A stretch of 64,000 nt of DNA from an uncultured Spirochaetota bacterium (GCA_963845535.1 CAWJSK010000017.1:50990-114989); one strand, 5' to 3'; shown: positions 1 through 10,014, counted from the stretch's first letter. The notes: generated from the sequence alone by a model not told the origin. Made by a program: numbers and translations.

Positions 1-1367
1 TCCACCGGATTGATGCATCCTGAGTTGCCCTTGGCCGCCCCCAGGGCAAGGTTCAACGCGTTCATGATGAAGCGCGGGCTGATGCCGGACATGCCTTCAC
101 CCTTCTCCTTGCCCTCCAGCCAGAGCTTCTTCAGGTCAACAGGGTCCTTCTCCTTTTCCAGGATGGCTTCGCCGTTGTAGTAGCGGGCCTTCTTGAGTAG
201 GTCGGGGCACAGCGGGGAGGGGACCAGCCGCGTAAGCACAGCGAAGAGGGCCGCCATCTCCAGCGCCTGAGGCGCTATGTGCACCTGGTCGCGGAACTCG
301 CTCTGGTGGATCAGCTTCTGGTAGATCCCCATCTCGTCCCGGTAGCGAAGGTTGTACGGCACGTAGATCGGGTACATCCGGTCGTGCAGCGCCTCATTCT
401 CCTTGTTGGACTTGAACTTCTCGAACTCCGTCTGATTGGTGTGGCTGATGATCACGGTGTCCACGTAAGTCTGCGGGAAGCCCGGCGCCTTGATCATCTG
501 TTCCTGAGCCACCGTGATCAGCACGTAGTGAAACTTGATGTCGCACTTCAGGATCTCGACGTACTCGATCAGGCCCCGGTTGGCAATCTGCAGCTCCCCG
601 TCGAACCGGTAGCCCAGGGGATGACCCTCCCCGTACTGGGTGATCCTGCCAAAATCGACGTGCCCAATGAGCTCCGCAATGTCCTGGTTCTTGGGGTCCG
701 ATGGCTGGAAGGTCCCGATGCCGGCCCGCGCCCTTTCACTCAAGTGGATCTGCACAACCGGCATATCTTCCCACTTGAAATTGCCCTCCAGGTCACGGTA
801 CCTCGCTTCATTGGTGAGGTGGTAACGGCACACCGGGCAAAGGTCCCCTTCGATCCTGACCCCCAGGAGCTTCTCGAACTCCGGGCGCTGGGACCGAGGG
901 ACCAGGTGCAGCGGTTCCTCGTTCACCGGGCAGCCCTTGATGGCGTACTGGGGGACGGAGTACTGCTCCAGCCCCTTCTTCAGCAGGGACACGATGGTCG
1001 ACTTGCCGGAGGATACGGGGCCAACGAGAATGAGGATCCTCTTGCCGGTCTCCGTGCGGTTGGCGCCGGCCCGGAAGAAGCGCACCAGGTCGTGGAGGAC
1101 CTCCTCGATGCCGAAGACCTCCCCGGCGAAGAAGTTGTACTTCACCTCGTCCTCGTAATGCGGGAGCTTCTCGAAACCGGTGATCTCCGCGGTCCCCTTC
1201 TCCAGCAGCATGTCGAAGATCCGGCCCGGAGCAAGCTGCGCGATCTTGGGGTTGGCATGAACCATCCCCATGTAGTCCCTCATCGTGCCTTCCCAGGTTC
1301 CGCCCTGGTTGGCCTTCGTTTCGCGCACAAGGGCGTCCAGTGAATCCTCGAAGCGATTATTCGCCAC
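1..1367 (-). CDS. prkA: PrkA/YeaG family AAA+ serine protein kinase (3' end runs off window)
   Basis: Absent from the ORF track; translated manually. GTG at 1367 preceded by AGGAGGT. Walker A GPVSSGKST, plus GIGTFQPSDPKNQDI, FDGELQIANRGLIEYVE and NEALHDR, all PrkA motifs. Confidence 0.93.
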   Translation of the reverse strand, partial: MANNRFEDSLDALVRETKANQGGTWEGTMRDYMGMVHANPKIAQLAPGRIFDMLLEKGTAEITGFEKLPHYEDEVKYNFFAGEVFGIEEVLHDLVRFFRAGANRTETGKRILILVGPVSSGKSTIVSLLKKGLEQYSVPQYAIKGCPVNEEPLHLVPRSQRPEFEKLLGVRIEGDLCPVCRYHLTNEARYRDLEGNFKWEDMPVVQIHLSERARAGIGTFQPSDPKNQDIAELIGHVDFGRITQYGEGHPLGYRFDGELQIANRGLIEYVEILKCDIKFHYVLITVAQEQMIKAPGFPQTYVDTVIISHTNQTEFEKFKSNKENEALHDRMYPIYVPYNLRYRDEMGIYQKLIHQSEFRDQVHIAPQALEMAALFAVLTRLVPSPLCPDLLKKARYYNGEAILEKEKDPVDLKKLWLEGKEKGEGMSGISPRFIMNALNLALGAAKGNSGCINPV

Positions 1368-1576
1368 GCGCGTACCTCCTGGGGTGGTTCTTCCCCGCAT
1401 CCGCGGCCGCCGAGGGGATGGTCATGTGTCCTTGTACGGAATGCCAGCCGGCTGGCGTGACAGGCCTCCGCGGAGCGCCGCGAGCCCAAGGCTCCGCGAC
1501 ACCTGGCGCGGTCATCGCACGTTCGTTGCCCTCGGTCTCCACGGCTGTTGCGCTTTCAATGTACTCACAGGGACAC

Positions 1577-1592
1577 AGCCAGCAAAGCGCCA
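1577..1592 (-). promoter_or_regulatory. Possible sigma54 -24/-12 promoter upstream of prkA
   Basis: Minus strand TGGCGCTTTGCTGGCT keeps GG-N10-GC spacing but is an imperfect consensus. E. coli yeaG is sigma54/NtrC-dependent. Confidence 0.25.
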
Positions 1593-1610
1593 CCGAAGAG
1601 GGCCGGCGCG

Positions 1611-4250
1611 CTATGCATCCGCAGTCTCGGTGGACCCGAAGGTGAGCGCGGCAATGAGGTAGATCACAATGACGCAGGCAAGCACCACGACAAAGCCCGC
1701 GGAGATCGAAATGATCCTTGTGAGCACCGAGCCGGTCACGGAGAGCGCGCCGTTCATGCCCCATGCCCACGGGAGCAGGCTCCTGCGTCGTGAAGAGAGA
1801 CCGTCAAGCCCGGTCGGGAAGGGAATCCCTAAACAGAATGCCGCGGGAGCGATGAAGAGAACCGAGAGCAGAACCTTCACGGGGAGGGCGAGTCCAAGGG
1901 TGGCGTTCAGCAGGGGTGAAAGCGCAAAGACGTAGAAGAGCATGAAAAGCGCTATGCCTCCCGCGGCCAGCCATACCCGCAGCGAACGGCTCACCGGGAG
2001 GCGGTTTCCTGCAAGAGCTCCAAGCCCGGAGGCAACGAGCATCGTCGTGAGGACGATGGAGCTCGAGTACACGGGCTCCGCCAGGTAGAAGGTGAAGCGC
2101 TGCAGGAGGTAGATCTCCGCCATCATGTAGCCCAGGCCGAGCGCCCCGAAATAGAGGATGACGCCGAGGGTTCCCCGGCGCCGCCGGAAAAGGGCACGCC
2201 AGCTCCCCACGACGGGAATCGTGATGATCAGGAAGCCAAAGAGGATCGACTGGAGGAACGTGCCAAAAAGGAGAAGCTGGCCCCAGACCTCGGGTATCTG
2301 TCCGACATGACGAGCCATGGCGCCGATGGTGGGAAGCTTGAGGTAAGTGCTGTAGTAGGGGCGGTCATCGGTTGCCGGCCGGATATCGAAGACATACCTC
2401 TCGAAAAGCTCGGCCGCCTTTCCGTGAAGGATCCATGCAAGGGTGAAGTGGTACAGGTCGCTCGGGACAAGCGGCTTCCCGGCGTCCCCGAGTGACGGGG
2501 CCGCGTCTCCCGCCCCACTGGCGTGCGCGCTCTCCCTGAGCATCTGCGCCAGATTGACCGTGTCCGGATGCACGCTCGGCACGGCGCCTGGTTCAATCGC
2601 GGGTTCAGCGCTCTTTCCGATGCCATAGAGACTCTGGTAGCCGGCGAGAATCTGGTCGAAGCTCTTTCCCGGCGGCGCCGGCATTCCCGGGTAGTAGTCC
2701 ACGTTGAACGACATCCGGTCGCAGAAGCCGCGAAGCGCCGCGATATCCCGAGGGGTAAGATCGGAGCTCTTCACGAGGATGGTTGCCGTTGAAAGGAGAA
2801 GATCGAAGGCGAAAATACGCTTCCGCGGATCTTTCACTCCTTCCCGCGTGAGAGCTTCGACCACCGTCGAAAGCAGCTTCGGCACGTTCTGGGGAGGGTC
2901 CACGGTGTTCCAGACGGCGATCGAAAGGATGCCGTCCCTGGTGAGGCTCTTCAGATAGTCATCCATCCCCTGGACCGTATAGACGTAGTCTTCTTTGATC
3001 GGGTAGCCGCCGGCCTGGGAAAGCCCGATCGAATCGATGAGGCTGATTTCGACCAGGTCATACCGCTGTGCGGTGGAAGCGGAATAAGCCCGCGGCTCAG
3101 TGCTGATCACGCGTACGCGCGGGTCGGAAAGGACGTCTCCCGTGAACCGTTGAAAGACGGGAACGTCTTTGAGCATGTGGATCAAGTCGCGGTTGGGCTC
3201 CACAACGTCGACTGTCCGCGCGTCATGGTAGAGGGCGGTGAAGACGCCAATGGCTCCCCCGAGCCTCAGAAGGAGCACCCGCGGCTTCTGCAGGAGGAGA
3301 TAAGGAGCGGACATCGGAAGATAGTCGATGTAGCCCTCTTCGCTGCGCGAGAGCTTTCGCATGACGCCGATGGGCCCGTTTCCGTCGATATACAGCCCCA
3401 TGTAGGCGTCCCGGGGCATGGAGGAAAGGTTGAGGGATGCGTTGTCGCTCAGGCCCGGGGCGAAGTGAAAGTAGGAGCTCTTGTAGACGTCCATCTCCCC
3501 CGCGGGACTCGAGTGATGATAGACCTCCTGCGCGTCAGGGAAGCGCCGTGCGTAGCTGATTGGCTTGAAATCTGAAACTTTGATTGCGCCCCACAGCTCC
3601 ACGGCTGCGAACGACCCGGCGAATGCCAGCAGGATGAGCATGGCATTCCCGAGCCGGAGGGAAAGCCTGCCGGGGCTGCCGCTCCAGCTCACCGCACTGA
3701 GGAGGGCCGCGAGAGAAGACAGCGCAAGAAGGGGGAGGATGAGCCTTGCCGGGGGCAGGAGGAACATCAGGAGAAGGATGACAAATCCGCCGACGCCCGA
3801 ACCCAGCATGTTCCAGAAGTAGACGTGATGAATCCGGCCCGAAAACGCCATGAAAACCACGCCAATGAACAGAGCCCCAAAGAAGAACGGGACCGCATAG
3901 ATCACGTAGTAGGCGGCGATCCACCAGAGCTGTGTCGAGTCAGAGACAATGAGCACCGGGTTGAAGGGGACCTGCTGGGCCAGGACCTGGGAGAGGGCCA
4001 TTGTCGGCCCCATGAGGAACGAGGTGATGAAGAGCCAGGCGTCCGGATTTGCAAGGACCCGTTTCTGGAGAAGGGTGAGGAGCGTGCCGGCAAGCCCGAA
4101 GCCCAGGAGGCCGATGGAGATGACCATCGAGCCGAAGGTGTCCCAGCTCCCCACCGCGAACAGGCGCATGATCCCCAGCTCGTATGCCAGAAGGGCGACG
4201 GAAAGAAGAAAAAGCGCGGAAAGCCTGAACCGGGAAAGCTGTGGCGTCAC
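1611..4250 (-). CDS. Polytopic membrane protein with central spermidine synthase-like / class I SAM-binding domain
   Basis: N-terminal TM block (ALLAYEL...SIGLLGFGLAG), central domain (VLLLRLGGAIG, VDVVEPN, YDLVEIS, YVYTVQGM), PATDDRPY, and C-terminal TM block (YFGALGLGYMMAEI, WAWGMNGALSVTGS). Confidence 0.8.
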   Translation of the reverse strand: MTPQLSRFRLSALFLLSVALLAYELGIMRLFAVGSWDTFGSMVISIGLLGFGLAGTLLTLLQKRVLANPDAWLFITSFLMGPTMALSQVLAQQVPFNPVLIVSDSTQLWWIAAYYVIYAVPFFFGALFIGVVFMAFSGRIHHVYFWNMLGSGVGGFVILLLMFLLPPARLILPLLALSSLAALLSAVSWSGSPGRLSLRLGNAMLILLAFAGSFAAVELWGAIKVSDFKPISYARRFPDAQEVYHHSSPAGEMDVYKSSYFHFAPGLSDNASLNLSSMPRDAYMGLYIDGNGPIGVMRKLSRSEEGYIDYLPMSAPYLLLQKPRVLLLRLGGAIGVFTALYHDARTVDVVEPNRDLIHMLKDVPVFQRFTGDVLSDPRVRVISTEPRAYSASTAQRYDLVEISLIDSIGLSQAGGYPIKEDYVYTVQGMDDYLKSLTRDGILSIAVWNTVDPPQNVPKLLSTVVEALTREGVKDPRKRIFAFDLLLSTATILVKSSDLTPRDIAALRGFCDRMSFNVDYYPGMPAPPGKSFDQILAGYQSLYGIGKSAEPAIEPGAVPSVHPDTVNLAQMLRESAHASGAGDAAPSLGDAGKPLVPSDLYHFTLAWILHGKAAELFERYVFDIRPATDDRPYYSTYLKLPTIGAMARHVGQIPEVWGQLLLFGTFLQSILFGFLIITIPVVGSWRALFRRRRGTLGVILYFGALGLGYMMAEIYLLQRFTFYLAEPVYSSSIVLTTMLVASGLGALAGNRLPVSRSLRVWLAAGGIALFMLFYVFALSPLLNATLGLALPVKVLLSVLFIAPAAFCLGIPFPTGLDGLSSRRRSLLPWAWGMNGALSVTGSVLTRIISISAGFVVVLACVIVIYLIAALTFGSTETADA

Positions 4251-4277
4251 GGAGCGCGTCCCTGGCTTCGTTCGCCG

Positions 4278-5171
4278 TCAGCGTCCGGCATCTGCGGCCA
4301 GCGAGTGGACTCCTCCGCCCGCGGCGGTGAAGGGCACGAAGACGTCTTTCGTCATGCCGTGATAGATGTCTTCGCGCGTCAGGGTGACGTGTCCGTTCGC
4401 ATCCGCGTGCTTGGTGATCTTGAGGATGGTCTGCCCCGAGGGTGGGCCCACGGGAATCAGCATGATCCCGCCCGGAGCAAGCTCGTGAATGAGCTCAGGC
4501 GGGATATGGTCGATGCCGCAGGTGACGATAATGCGCGCAAAAGGCGCATTGTCCTTCCACCCGTAATACCCGTCGGCAATCCGCCGATGGATGTTTGCGT
4601 ACTCCGGCATTTCGCGGGTGTGCGAAAGGTAGATTGCGTTGGTCTCCTCAGCGAGCGGCTTCACGATCTCAATCGTGTAGACATTGTTGGAGAGCTCGGA
4701 GAGGAAAGCGGACTGGTACCCGGAGCCTGTCCCGATCTCCAGCACTCGCTGCCCGGGCTGAGGGTCAAGGCGGTCGGTCATCCGCGCCACAAGGTCCGGC
4801 CCGGAAATGGTCTGTCCGTACCCGATAGGCATTGCCGCGTTTGCGTACGCGCGGCGGAGGTTGTACGGACGGACAAACCATTCGCGGGGGGTAAGAAGAA
4901 AAGCCGTGAGGATGCGTTCGCTGCGGATGTGGCCGTGCTCCACCGCGAAAGCGGCGCGCGCCCACCTTTCTCGGAGGAACTTTTCCTGCTGGTCCGGATA
5001 GTGAGCCAGCATCCAGGCGACATAGGCCTTCTCACTCGTGAGCGGCGGGGACCCAGCCCGGCTCGTGATGTCGTACGCGGGTAACCCCTCCGCCTGCGAA
5101 GGAGGAGCAACCGCAAGAAGAGCTGCGGCTGCCAGGAGAAACGCAACAATCACGCCTTCACCTCTCCACAT
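4278..5171 (-). CDS. pcm: Protein-L-isoaspartate O-methyltransferase homologue with N-terminal signal peptide
   Basis: PIGYGQTISGP, RVLEIGTGSGYQSA, APFARIIVT, LAPGGIMLIPVG. Start at ATG 5171 or GTG 5153; leader VIVAFLLAAAALLAVAPPSQA. Confidence 0.85.
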   Translation of the reverse strand: MWRGEGVIVAFLLAAAALLAVAPPSQAEGLPAYDITSRAGSPPLTSEKAYVAWMLAHYPDQQEKFLRERWARAAFAVEHGHIRSERILTAFLLTPREWFVRPYNLRRAYANAAMPIGYGQTISGPDLVARMTDRLDPQPGQRVLEIGTGSGYQSAFLSELSNNVYTIEIVKPLAEETNAIYLSHTREMPEYANIHRRIADGYYGWKDNAPFARIIVTCGIDHIPPELIHELAPGGIMLIPVGPPSGQTILKITKHADANGHVTLTREDIYHGMTKDVFVPFTAAGGGVHSLAADAGR

Positions 5172-5252
5172 TCCAAATTCCCAAGAAAAACGTAGTCCGC
5201 CAAGATGAATTTCACGTGAAGGCGGCTGGCCGAATCGACATTCTCTCAATGA

Positions 5253-5286
5253 GAAGACCCCTGGCGTTGCGACGTCAGGGGTCTTC
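5253..5286. terminator. Stem-loop downstream of the sulfocyanin-like gene
   Basis: GAAGACCCCTGGCGT-TGCG-ACGTCAGGGGTCTTC near-perfect 15-bp inverted repeat; weak U tail. Confidence 0.55.
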
Positions 5287-5304
5287 AGCTCAAAGCTCCG
5301 CGGA

Positions 5305-5916
5305 CTATAGGTTCGGTTTCTGATTCACCAGGACCTGGGGCGCGGCGAGGTTGTCAACAACGTCGAATACGTCCCACATGCCGGCATCCACGTGGCCGGG
5401 CACACCGCAGACAATGGCGTATTGGCCCGCTTTTTCGGCAGTGAAAGTGAACATTTGAGGATCATCGCCTTTCTCGATCCCCGAGCGGAAATCCGCCGGT
5501 GCTGAATGCGCGAACGCGGCGTGGAAAGACCCTCCCTGCCGCTCGTCCCACGGAACGATCAGCGCGCTGTGCGGCGTATTCGAATCATCGATCATGCTCA
5601 CCGTTACGCGCCAACCCGTGGGGACCTGGATGTGCATGTCCCCGGCCGAGTATCCGTTGAAATTGAAGCCTTTCCCGGCGGTGCCTTGGCCGGCAATGAG
5701 GTTTACCGTAACCGTTTTGGAAGCCATGTTGCTTTTCAGGATCTTGTCGGATCCGGAGTACGAAACCATGACCGCAGCCGCAGTTCCGCCGGGAGCAGCC
5801 GCCGCCATTGCGCCGGCGCTTGTGGTCTTGCTGCCCGAGTTGCCGCAGGCAACGAGCGCCGCGACGGCAAGGGCCAGGACGACGCCGAACCGAGTCAGTG
5901 TTACAGCTTTTATCAT
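5305..5916 (-). CDS. Sulfocyanin-like blue copper (cupredoxin) lipoprotein
   Basis: ATG 5916 with GGAGG RBS; lipobox LVAC; FNFNG motif; type-1 Cu ligand pattern PHS...CGVPGHVDAGMW. Confidence 0.85.
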   Translation of the reverse strand: MIKAVTLTRFGVVLALAVAALVACGNSGSKTTSAGAMAAAAPGGTAAAVMVSYSGSDKILKSNMASKTVTVNLIAGQGTAGKGFNFNGYSAGDMHIQVPTGWRVTVSMIDDSNTPHSALIVPWDERQGGSFHAAFAHSAPADFRSGIEKGDDPQMFTFTAEKAGQYAIVCGVPGHVDAGMWDVFDVVDNLAAPQVLVNQKPNL

Positions 5917-6086
5917 TTGCTCTTTTCCTCCAAACAAACCGTGTGTGTCCTGCGGGAGAGTCAGCAACGCTGTTCCACCCGCGCGCTCTATATATCCGCT
6001 TGCGAGATGAAGAGGAGATGAAGGAGCGGCGTCTTTCTGCCGCGCCATTCTTCCTCTCCGTGGAAGAATTCGATACGTTGAAGTGA

Positions 6087-6929
6087 ATGGATCTGTCCGG
6101 CAACGTGACCCTGGGCCACTTCACAATTCCGCTCCGTTTCCTTGCGGCCGGCGCGTGCCTTGCGGCGGCCATCCTTGTTGCCCGGGTCGCGTTGCGCAGG
6201 CACAGGCATTTGCGCGCCGTGGTCACCGAACGCCTGGCGAACGCGGTGGTGCTCTTCATTGCGGCCTGGAAGCTTGCGCCGGTAATCCTGCATCCCCTGG
6301 ATTTCTTCCATGATCCTCTCTCTCTTCTCATGGGCGCGCCAGGAATCGCCGGACTGATCGTCGGCGTTGCCGTGGCATCACTCTATGCCGTTTTTGCCTT
6401 GGTCCGGCCACGCAGGCTCCGACGGGCCAGCGTTCTGCCGCTCCTCCTGTTCGCCGCGGTTATTGCCGCGGGAGTCGGCTTGGAAGCGGCCGGAGCACGT
6501 TCTACGACGCCTGGGCCCCTTGCCCCTGCGTTTTCTCTGCCCACGCTGAGCGGCAATTCCGTTTCCCTTACCTCGCTACGGGGGCGAGTCGTGGTGGTGA
6601 ACTTCTGGGCCACATGGTGTCCGCCGTGCAGGGCCGAGCTTCCGACATTGGCGGATTTCGCGCGCGGGCAAGGCGCCGCGGGCGCCGTACTGCTCTCCGT
6701 CAACCAGACCTCCACAGAGACCTCTGAAGAAGCGGTACGCGCCTTTGTGAAGAAATATGGGATTGTTACGGACGTGCTCCTGGACGGCACGGGTGCCGCC
6801 GCCAGAGCCTGGGACGTGCAGGCTTATCCCTCCACCTTTGTCGTGGATCCGAAGGGGCGGGTGAGCGCGAAGCGGACGGGAGCCGTGGACCTTGCGTGGC
6901 TGCGCGGTGAGGCGGCAGCTGCGCGATGA
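6087..6929 (+). CDS. TlpA/ResA-family thiol:disulfide oxidoreductase with N-terminal multi-TM (Lgt-like) region
   Basis: APAFSLPTLSG, VVVVNFWATWCPPCRAELP, YPSTFVVDPKG; about four hydrophobic segments N-terminally. Confidence 0.85.
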   Translation: MDLSGNVTLGHFTIPLRFLAAGACLAAAILVARVALRRHRHLRAVVTERLANAVVLFIAAWKLAPVILHPLDFFHDPLSLLMGAPGIAGLIVGVAVASLYAVFALVRPRRLRRASVLPLLLFAAVIAAGVGLEAAGARSTTPGPLAPAFSLPTLSGNSVSLTSLRGRVVVVNFWATWCPPCRAELPTLADFARGQGAAGAVLLSVNQTSTETSEEAVRAFVKKYGIVTDVLLDGTGAAARAWDVQAYPSTFVVDPKGRVSAKRTGAVDLAWLRGEAAAAR

Positions 6930-7011
6930 GGCGGCCGGCGGCAGACTCAAAGCGCTCATTGCGTTACTATGGTTTCATCTCGCGCCTTCCAAGGCAAGTC
7001 AGGACGGACTT

Positions 7012-8847
7012 TTGACCCACAAAGATGCATCAAACCCGGCTATCCGCAACATCGCCATAATCGCGCACGTCGACCACGGCAAGACCACCCTCGTGGACGC
7101 CATGTTCAAGCAGTCCGGCGTGTTCCGCGACGGGCAGGAAACCCAGGAACGTCTCATGGACAGCATGGACCTGGAGCGCGAACGCGGAATCACCATTGCC
7201 GCCAAGAACTGCTCGGTGGTCTGGAAAGGAGTCAAGATCAACATCCTGGACACCCCCGGCCACGCGGATTTCGGCGGCGAGGTGGAACGCGCCCTTTCCA
7301 TGGTGGATGGCGCCGTTCTCCTGGTGGACGCATCCGAAGGTCCGCTCCCGCAGACCCGGTTCGTTCTCAGCAAAGCGCTGGCCAGCCGTCTGTCCATCAT
7401 CGTCGTCATCAACAAGATCGATCGGCCGGACGCCCGCCCTGCCGAGGTTCTGAACCAGATCTACGACCTGTTCATCGATCTGGGTGTGACGGAGGAGCAG
7501 CTTGAGTTTCCTCTCCTGTACGCAATCGGCAAGCTGGGCATCGCAAAGGATGCGCTCAATGGGGAAAGCGACAACCTGCACCCATTGCTCGATGCGATTG
7601 TCCGCGAGATTGATCCGCCCAAGTACACGACCTCGGAGCCTTTCCAGATGCTTGTCTCGGACCTTTCCTATTCGGACTATTTCGGCCGTCAGGCAATCGG
7701 CAAGGTCATCAACGGCCGGGCTCATTCCAAGGACCCGCTGGTGTGCATTGGCGAAGGCGACGTTCGTGAGGACTTGAGCATCACCAAGCTGCATACCTAC
7801 ACGGGGCCGAAGCTCGTGGAAAGCGACAGCGCGGAGCCCGGCGACATCGTCGTGCTCTCGGGGATAGAGAACGTGCACATCGGAGATACCATCTGCAACA
7901 GGGATTTCCCGAAGGCGCTCAAGCGGATCATCATCGATGAGCCCACGGTTTCCATGCGCTTTTACGTGAACACCTCGCCTCTGTCAGGCCTTGAAGGAAA
8001 GAACGTCCAGTCCGGGAGGCTCTTCGAGCGGCTTCGCAAGGAGACGCTCAACAACGTTTCCATCCAGGTGGAGGAAGTGAAAGGCGAGGGCGGATATATC
8101 GTTCGGGGCAGGGGAGAGTTTCAGCTTGTCATCCTGATCGAAATGCTTCGACGCGAGGATTTCGAGGTCTGCGTGAGCCGGCCCGAAGTCATCTTCAAGC
8201 ACGAGAATGGACAGAAGCTCGAGCCCATCGAGCACCTCTTTGTGGACTGCAACGAGGCGTTTGTGGGCGTTGTGACGGAAAAACTGTCGGCGCGAAAAGG
8301 CAGGATGCTCGTATACACCTGTCACGAGGGAGGCCGTGTCCATCTGGAGTTTTCAGTTCCGTCGCGCGCCCTCATTGGATACCGCGACCTTTTCCTGACC
8401 GACACCAAGGGGACGGGCATCATGAACTCGTATCTTTTGGGATACGAGGAATACCGCGGCGACTTTGTGAACCGGTTTACCGGCTCCATGGTGTCTGACC
8501 GCAGCGGCGCCGCGGTGATCTACGGCCTGTATCACCTCGAGCCGCGGGGGCAGCTCTTCATCGTCCCCGGCGAGCGGGTGTACGAGGGAATGATCGTTGG
8601 CGAGCACAACCTCGACTCGGAACTGAACGTCAATCCGTGCAAGGAGAAGAAGCTCTCCAATATGCGCTCCGTCTCCCACGATGAAGCGCTGACCCTTACG
8701 CCGGTGCAGCCCATGACCCTGGAAAAAGCAATCCAGTATCTGGCGGATGATGAAATGGTGGAAGTCACGCCGAAGTCCATACGCCTTCGCAAGACCATCC
8801 TGCTCGCCCAGGACCGCGTCTACAGCCGGCGCGTCGGCCGAACCTGA
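7012..8847 (+). CDS. typA: Translational GTPase TypA/BipA
   Basis: IRNIAIIAHVDHGKTTLVD, ERERGITI, DTPGHADFGGEVER, NKID, C-terminal DDEMVEVTPKSIRLRK. Probable start TTG 7012. Confidence 0.97.
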   Translation: MTHKDASNPAIRNIAIIAHVDHGKTTLVDAMFKQSGVFRDGQETQERLMDSMDLERERGITIAAKNCSVVWKGVKINILDTPGHADFGGEVERALSMVDGAVLLVDASEGPLPQTRFVLSKALASRLSIIVVINKIDRPDARPAEVLNQIYDLFIDLGVTEEQLEFPLLYAIGKLGIAKDALNGESDNLHPLLDAIVREIDPPKYTTSEPFQMLVSDLSYSDYFGRQAIGKVINGRAHSKDPLVCIGEGDVREDLSITKLHTYTGPKLVESDSAEPGDIVVLSGIENVHIGDTICNRDFPKALKRIIIDEPTVSMRFYVNTSPLSGLEGKNVQSGRLFERLRKETLNNVSIQVEEVKGEGGYIVRGRGEFQLVILIEMLRREDFEVCVSRPEVIFKHENGQKLEPIEHLFVDCNEAFVGVVTEKLSARKGRMLVYTCHEGGRVHLEFSVPSRALIGYRDLFLTDTKGTGIMNSYLLGYEEYRGDFVNRFTGSMVSDRSGAAVIYGLYHLEPRGQLFIVPGERVYEGMIVGEHNLDSELNVNPCKEKKLSNMRSVSHDEALTLTPVQPMTLEKAIQYLADDEMVEVTPKSIRLRKTILLAQDRVYSRRVGRT

Positions 8848-8853
8848 GCGCGG

Positions 8854-10014
8854 CTATTCCTTCGCGACCCCTCCAAGGAGTCTGCGAAGGAAAGGAACCT
8901 TCAGCCTGACAGCGCCTTCAGGACACAGTTCCTGGCAGCAATAGCAGCGGATGCAGCGTTCGTATTTGTAGGACGGCGGGACTTTCCTGTCTCCCTCATG
9001 CCAGTCCACGGCCTTTGGATCCACGGGGCAGGCCTTCACACATGTCCCGCACTGGGTGCACTTCTCTGCAACGATGTACGGCTTTGGAACAAGAGCGTTT
9101 CGGAGAAAGCCGCTCCCTTTGCCGCGGGAGTAGGGCTGGACGGGCTCCCGCTTCACATCGAAGCGCTTGTCGACAAAGCTTTCAAAGGGATCACCGACCA
9201 GCTCGATTTCGTCGCTTTTCCAGGTTCCGGTCTTTGCCTCCATCCCGAGCGTGATCGTTGGAACGAACTCCGGATTCATATCGACCATTCTGCAAACCGT
9301 TGCGTCCAGGGCGATGGGATCAGCGGAGAACAAAAGGACCTTCATTGGTCTTGCCCTGCCGCCTCGGGGCCCATTTCCTTCCATGGCGATGATGCCGTCC
9401 ATGACGTACAATCTCGGTTTCAGGAATGCGTTCAGGTCGACGAGCATCCTGGCAAAATCGATTGCGCTGGCGAGCTTGACGTGGAACTCACCTTTCAAGG
9501 CTCCCGGGACGCAGCCGAACTGGTTCTTCACGCAGCCCGTCATGCGTTCAAGCCCATGGGTTTTCAGCTTGGGCAGGCTGATGATGCCGTCACAATCAAG
9601 GGCGCCGTTCGCTATGACAAACTTTTTGTTCTGGATGCCTTTATCGAAGACGATCTCTTTTCCCTGCTTGAAATCCGCCAGCGTGACTTCTTCCGCCTCA
9701 GCGATGGGCTGAAAGCCGGTCATCCGTGAGGCGTGCTCCGGGCTCTGGATGGCAGGGGAATCACCGAAGGACAATACCGCGCCAGTAGTTTTGAAAACCT
9801 CGACCATGGCCTTGAAGACCATGGGGTGCGTCGTGGTAAGTTTTTCCGGACGGTCTGCCACCAGCCAGTTGGGCTTGAAAAGGATTCTTTCCCCTGACGT
9901 GGCAAACATGCCCGGACCTCCGAGCAGGTCGACGCCTTTTCGGACTGCGCTCCTGACGTTCTCATATTCATAATTCTCGCACCTGACGAGCGCAACCTTC
10001 GACGCGGTGTTCAT
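8854..10014 (-). CDS. DUF362 domain protein with C-terminal 2x[4Fe-4S] ferredoxin
   Basis: KPNW, TTHP, SLPKLKTH, GCVKNQFG, MEGNGP; CTQCGTCVKACP and CIRCYCCQELCP. Confidence 0.88.
   Translation of the reverse strand: MNTASKVALVRCENYEYENVRSAVRKGVDLLGGPGMFATSGERILFKPNWLVADRPEKLTTTHPMVFKAMVEVFKTTGAVLSFGDSPAIQSPEHASRMTGFQPIAEAEEVTLADFKQGKEIVFDKGIQNKKFVIANGALDCDGIISLPKLKTHGLERMTGCVKNQFGCVPGALKGEFHVKLASAIDFARMLVDLNAFLKPRLYVMDGIIAMEGNGPRGGRARPMKVLLFSADPIALDATVCRMVDMNPEFVPTITLGMEAKTGTWKSDEIELVGDPFESFVDKRFDVKREPVQPYSRGKGSGFLRNALVPKPYIVAEKCTQCGTCVKACPVDPKAVDWHEGDRKVPPSYKYERCIRCYCCQELCPEGAVRLKVPFLRRLLGGVAKE

Noticed and set aside
279..1343. 354-aa plus-strand ORF
   Set aside because: Antisense shadow of prkA, which has clear family motifs and an RBS on the minus strand.
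3825..5084. 419-aa plus-strand ORF
   Set aside because: Shadow of pcm and the membrane protein; no motifs.
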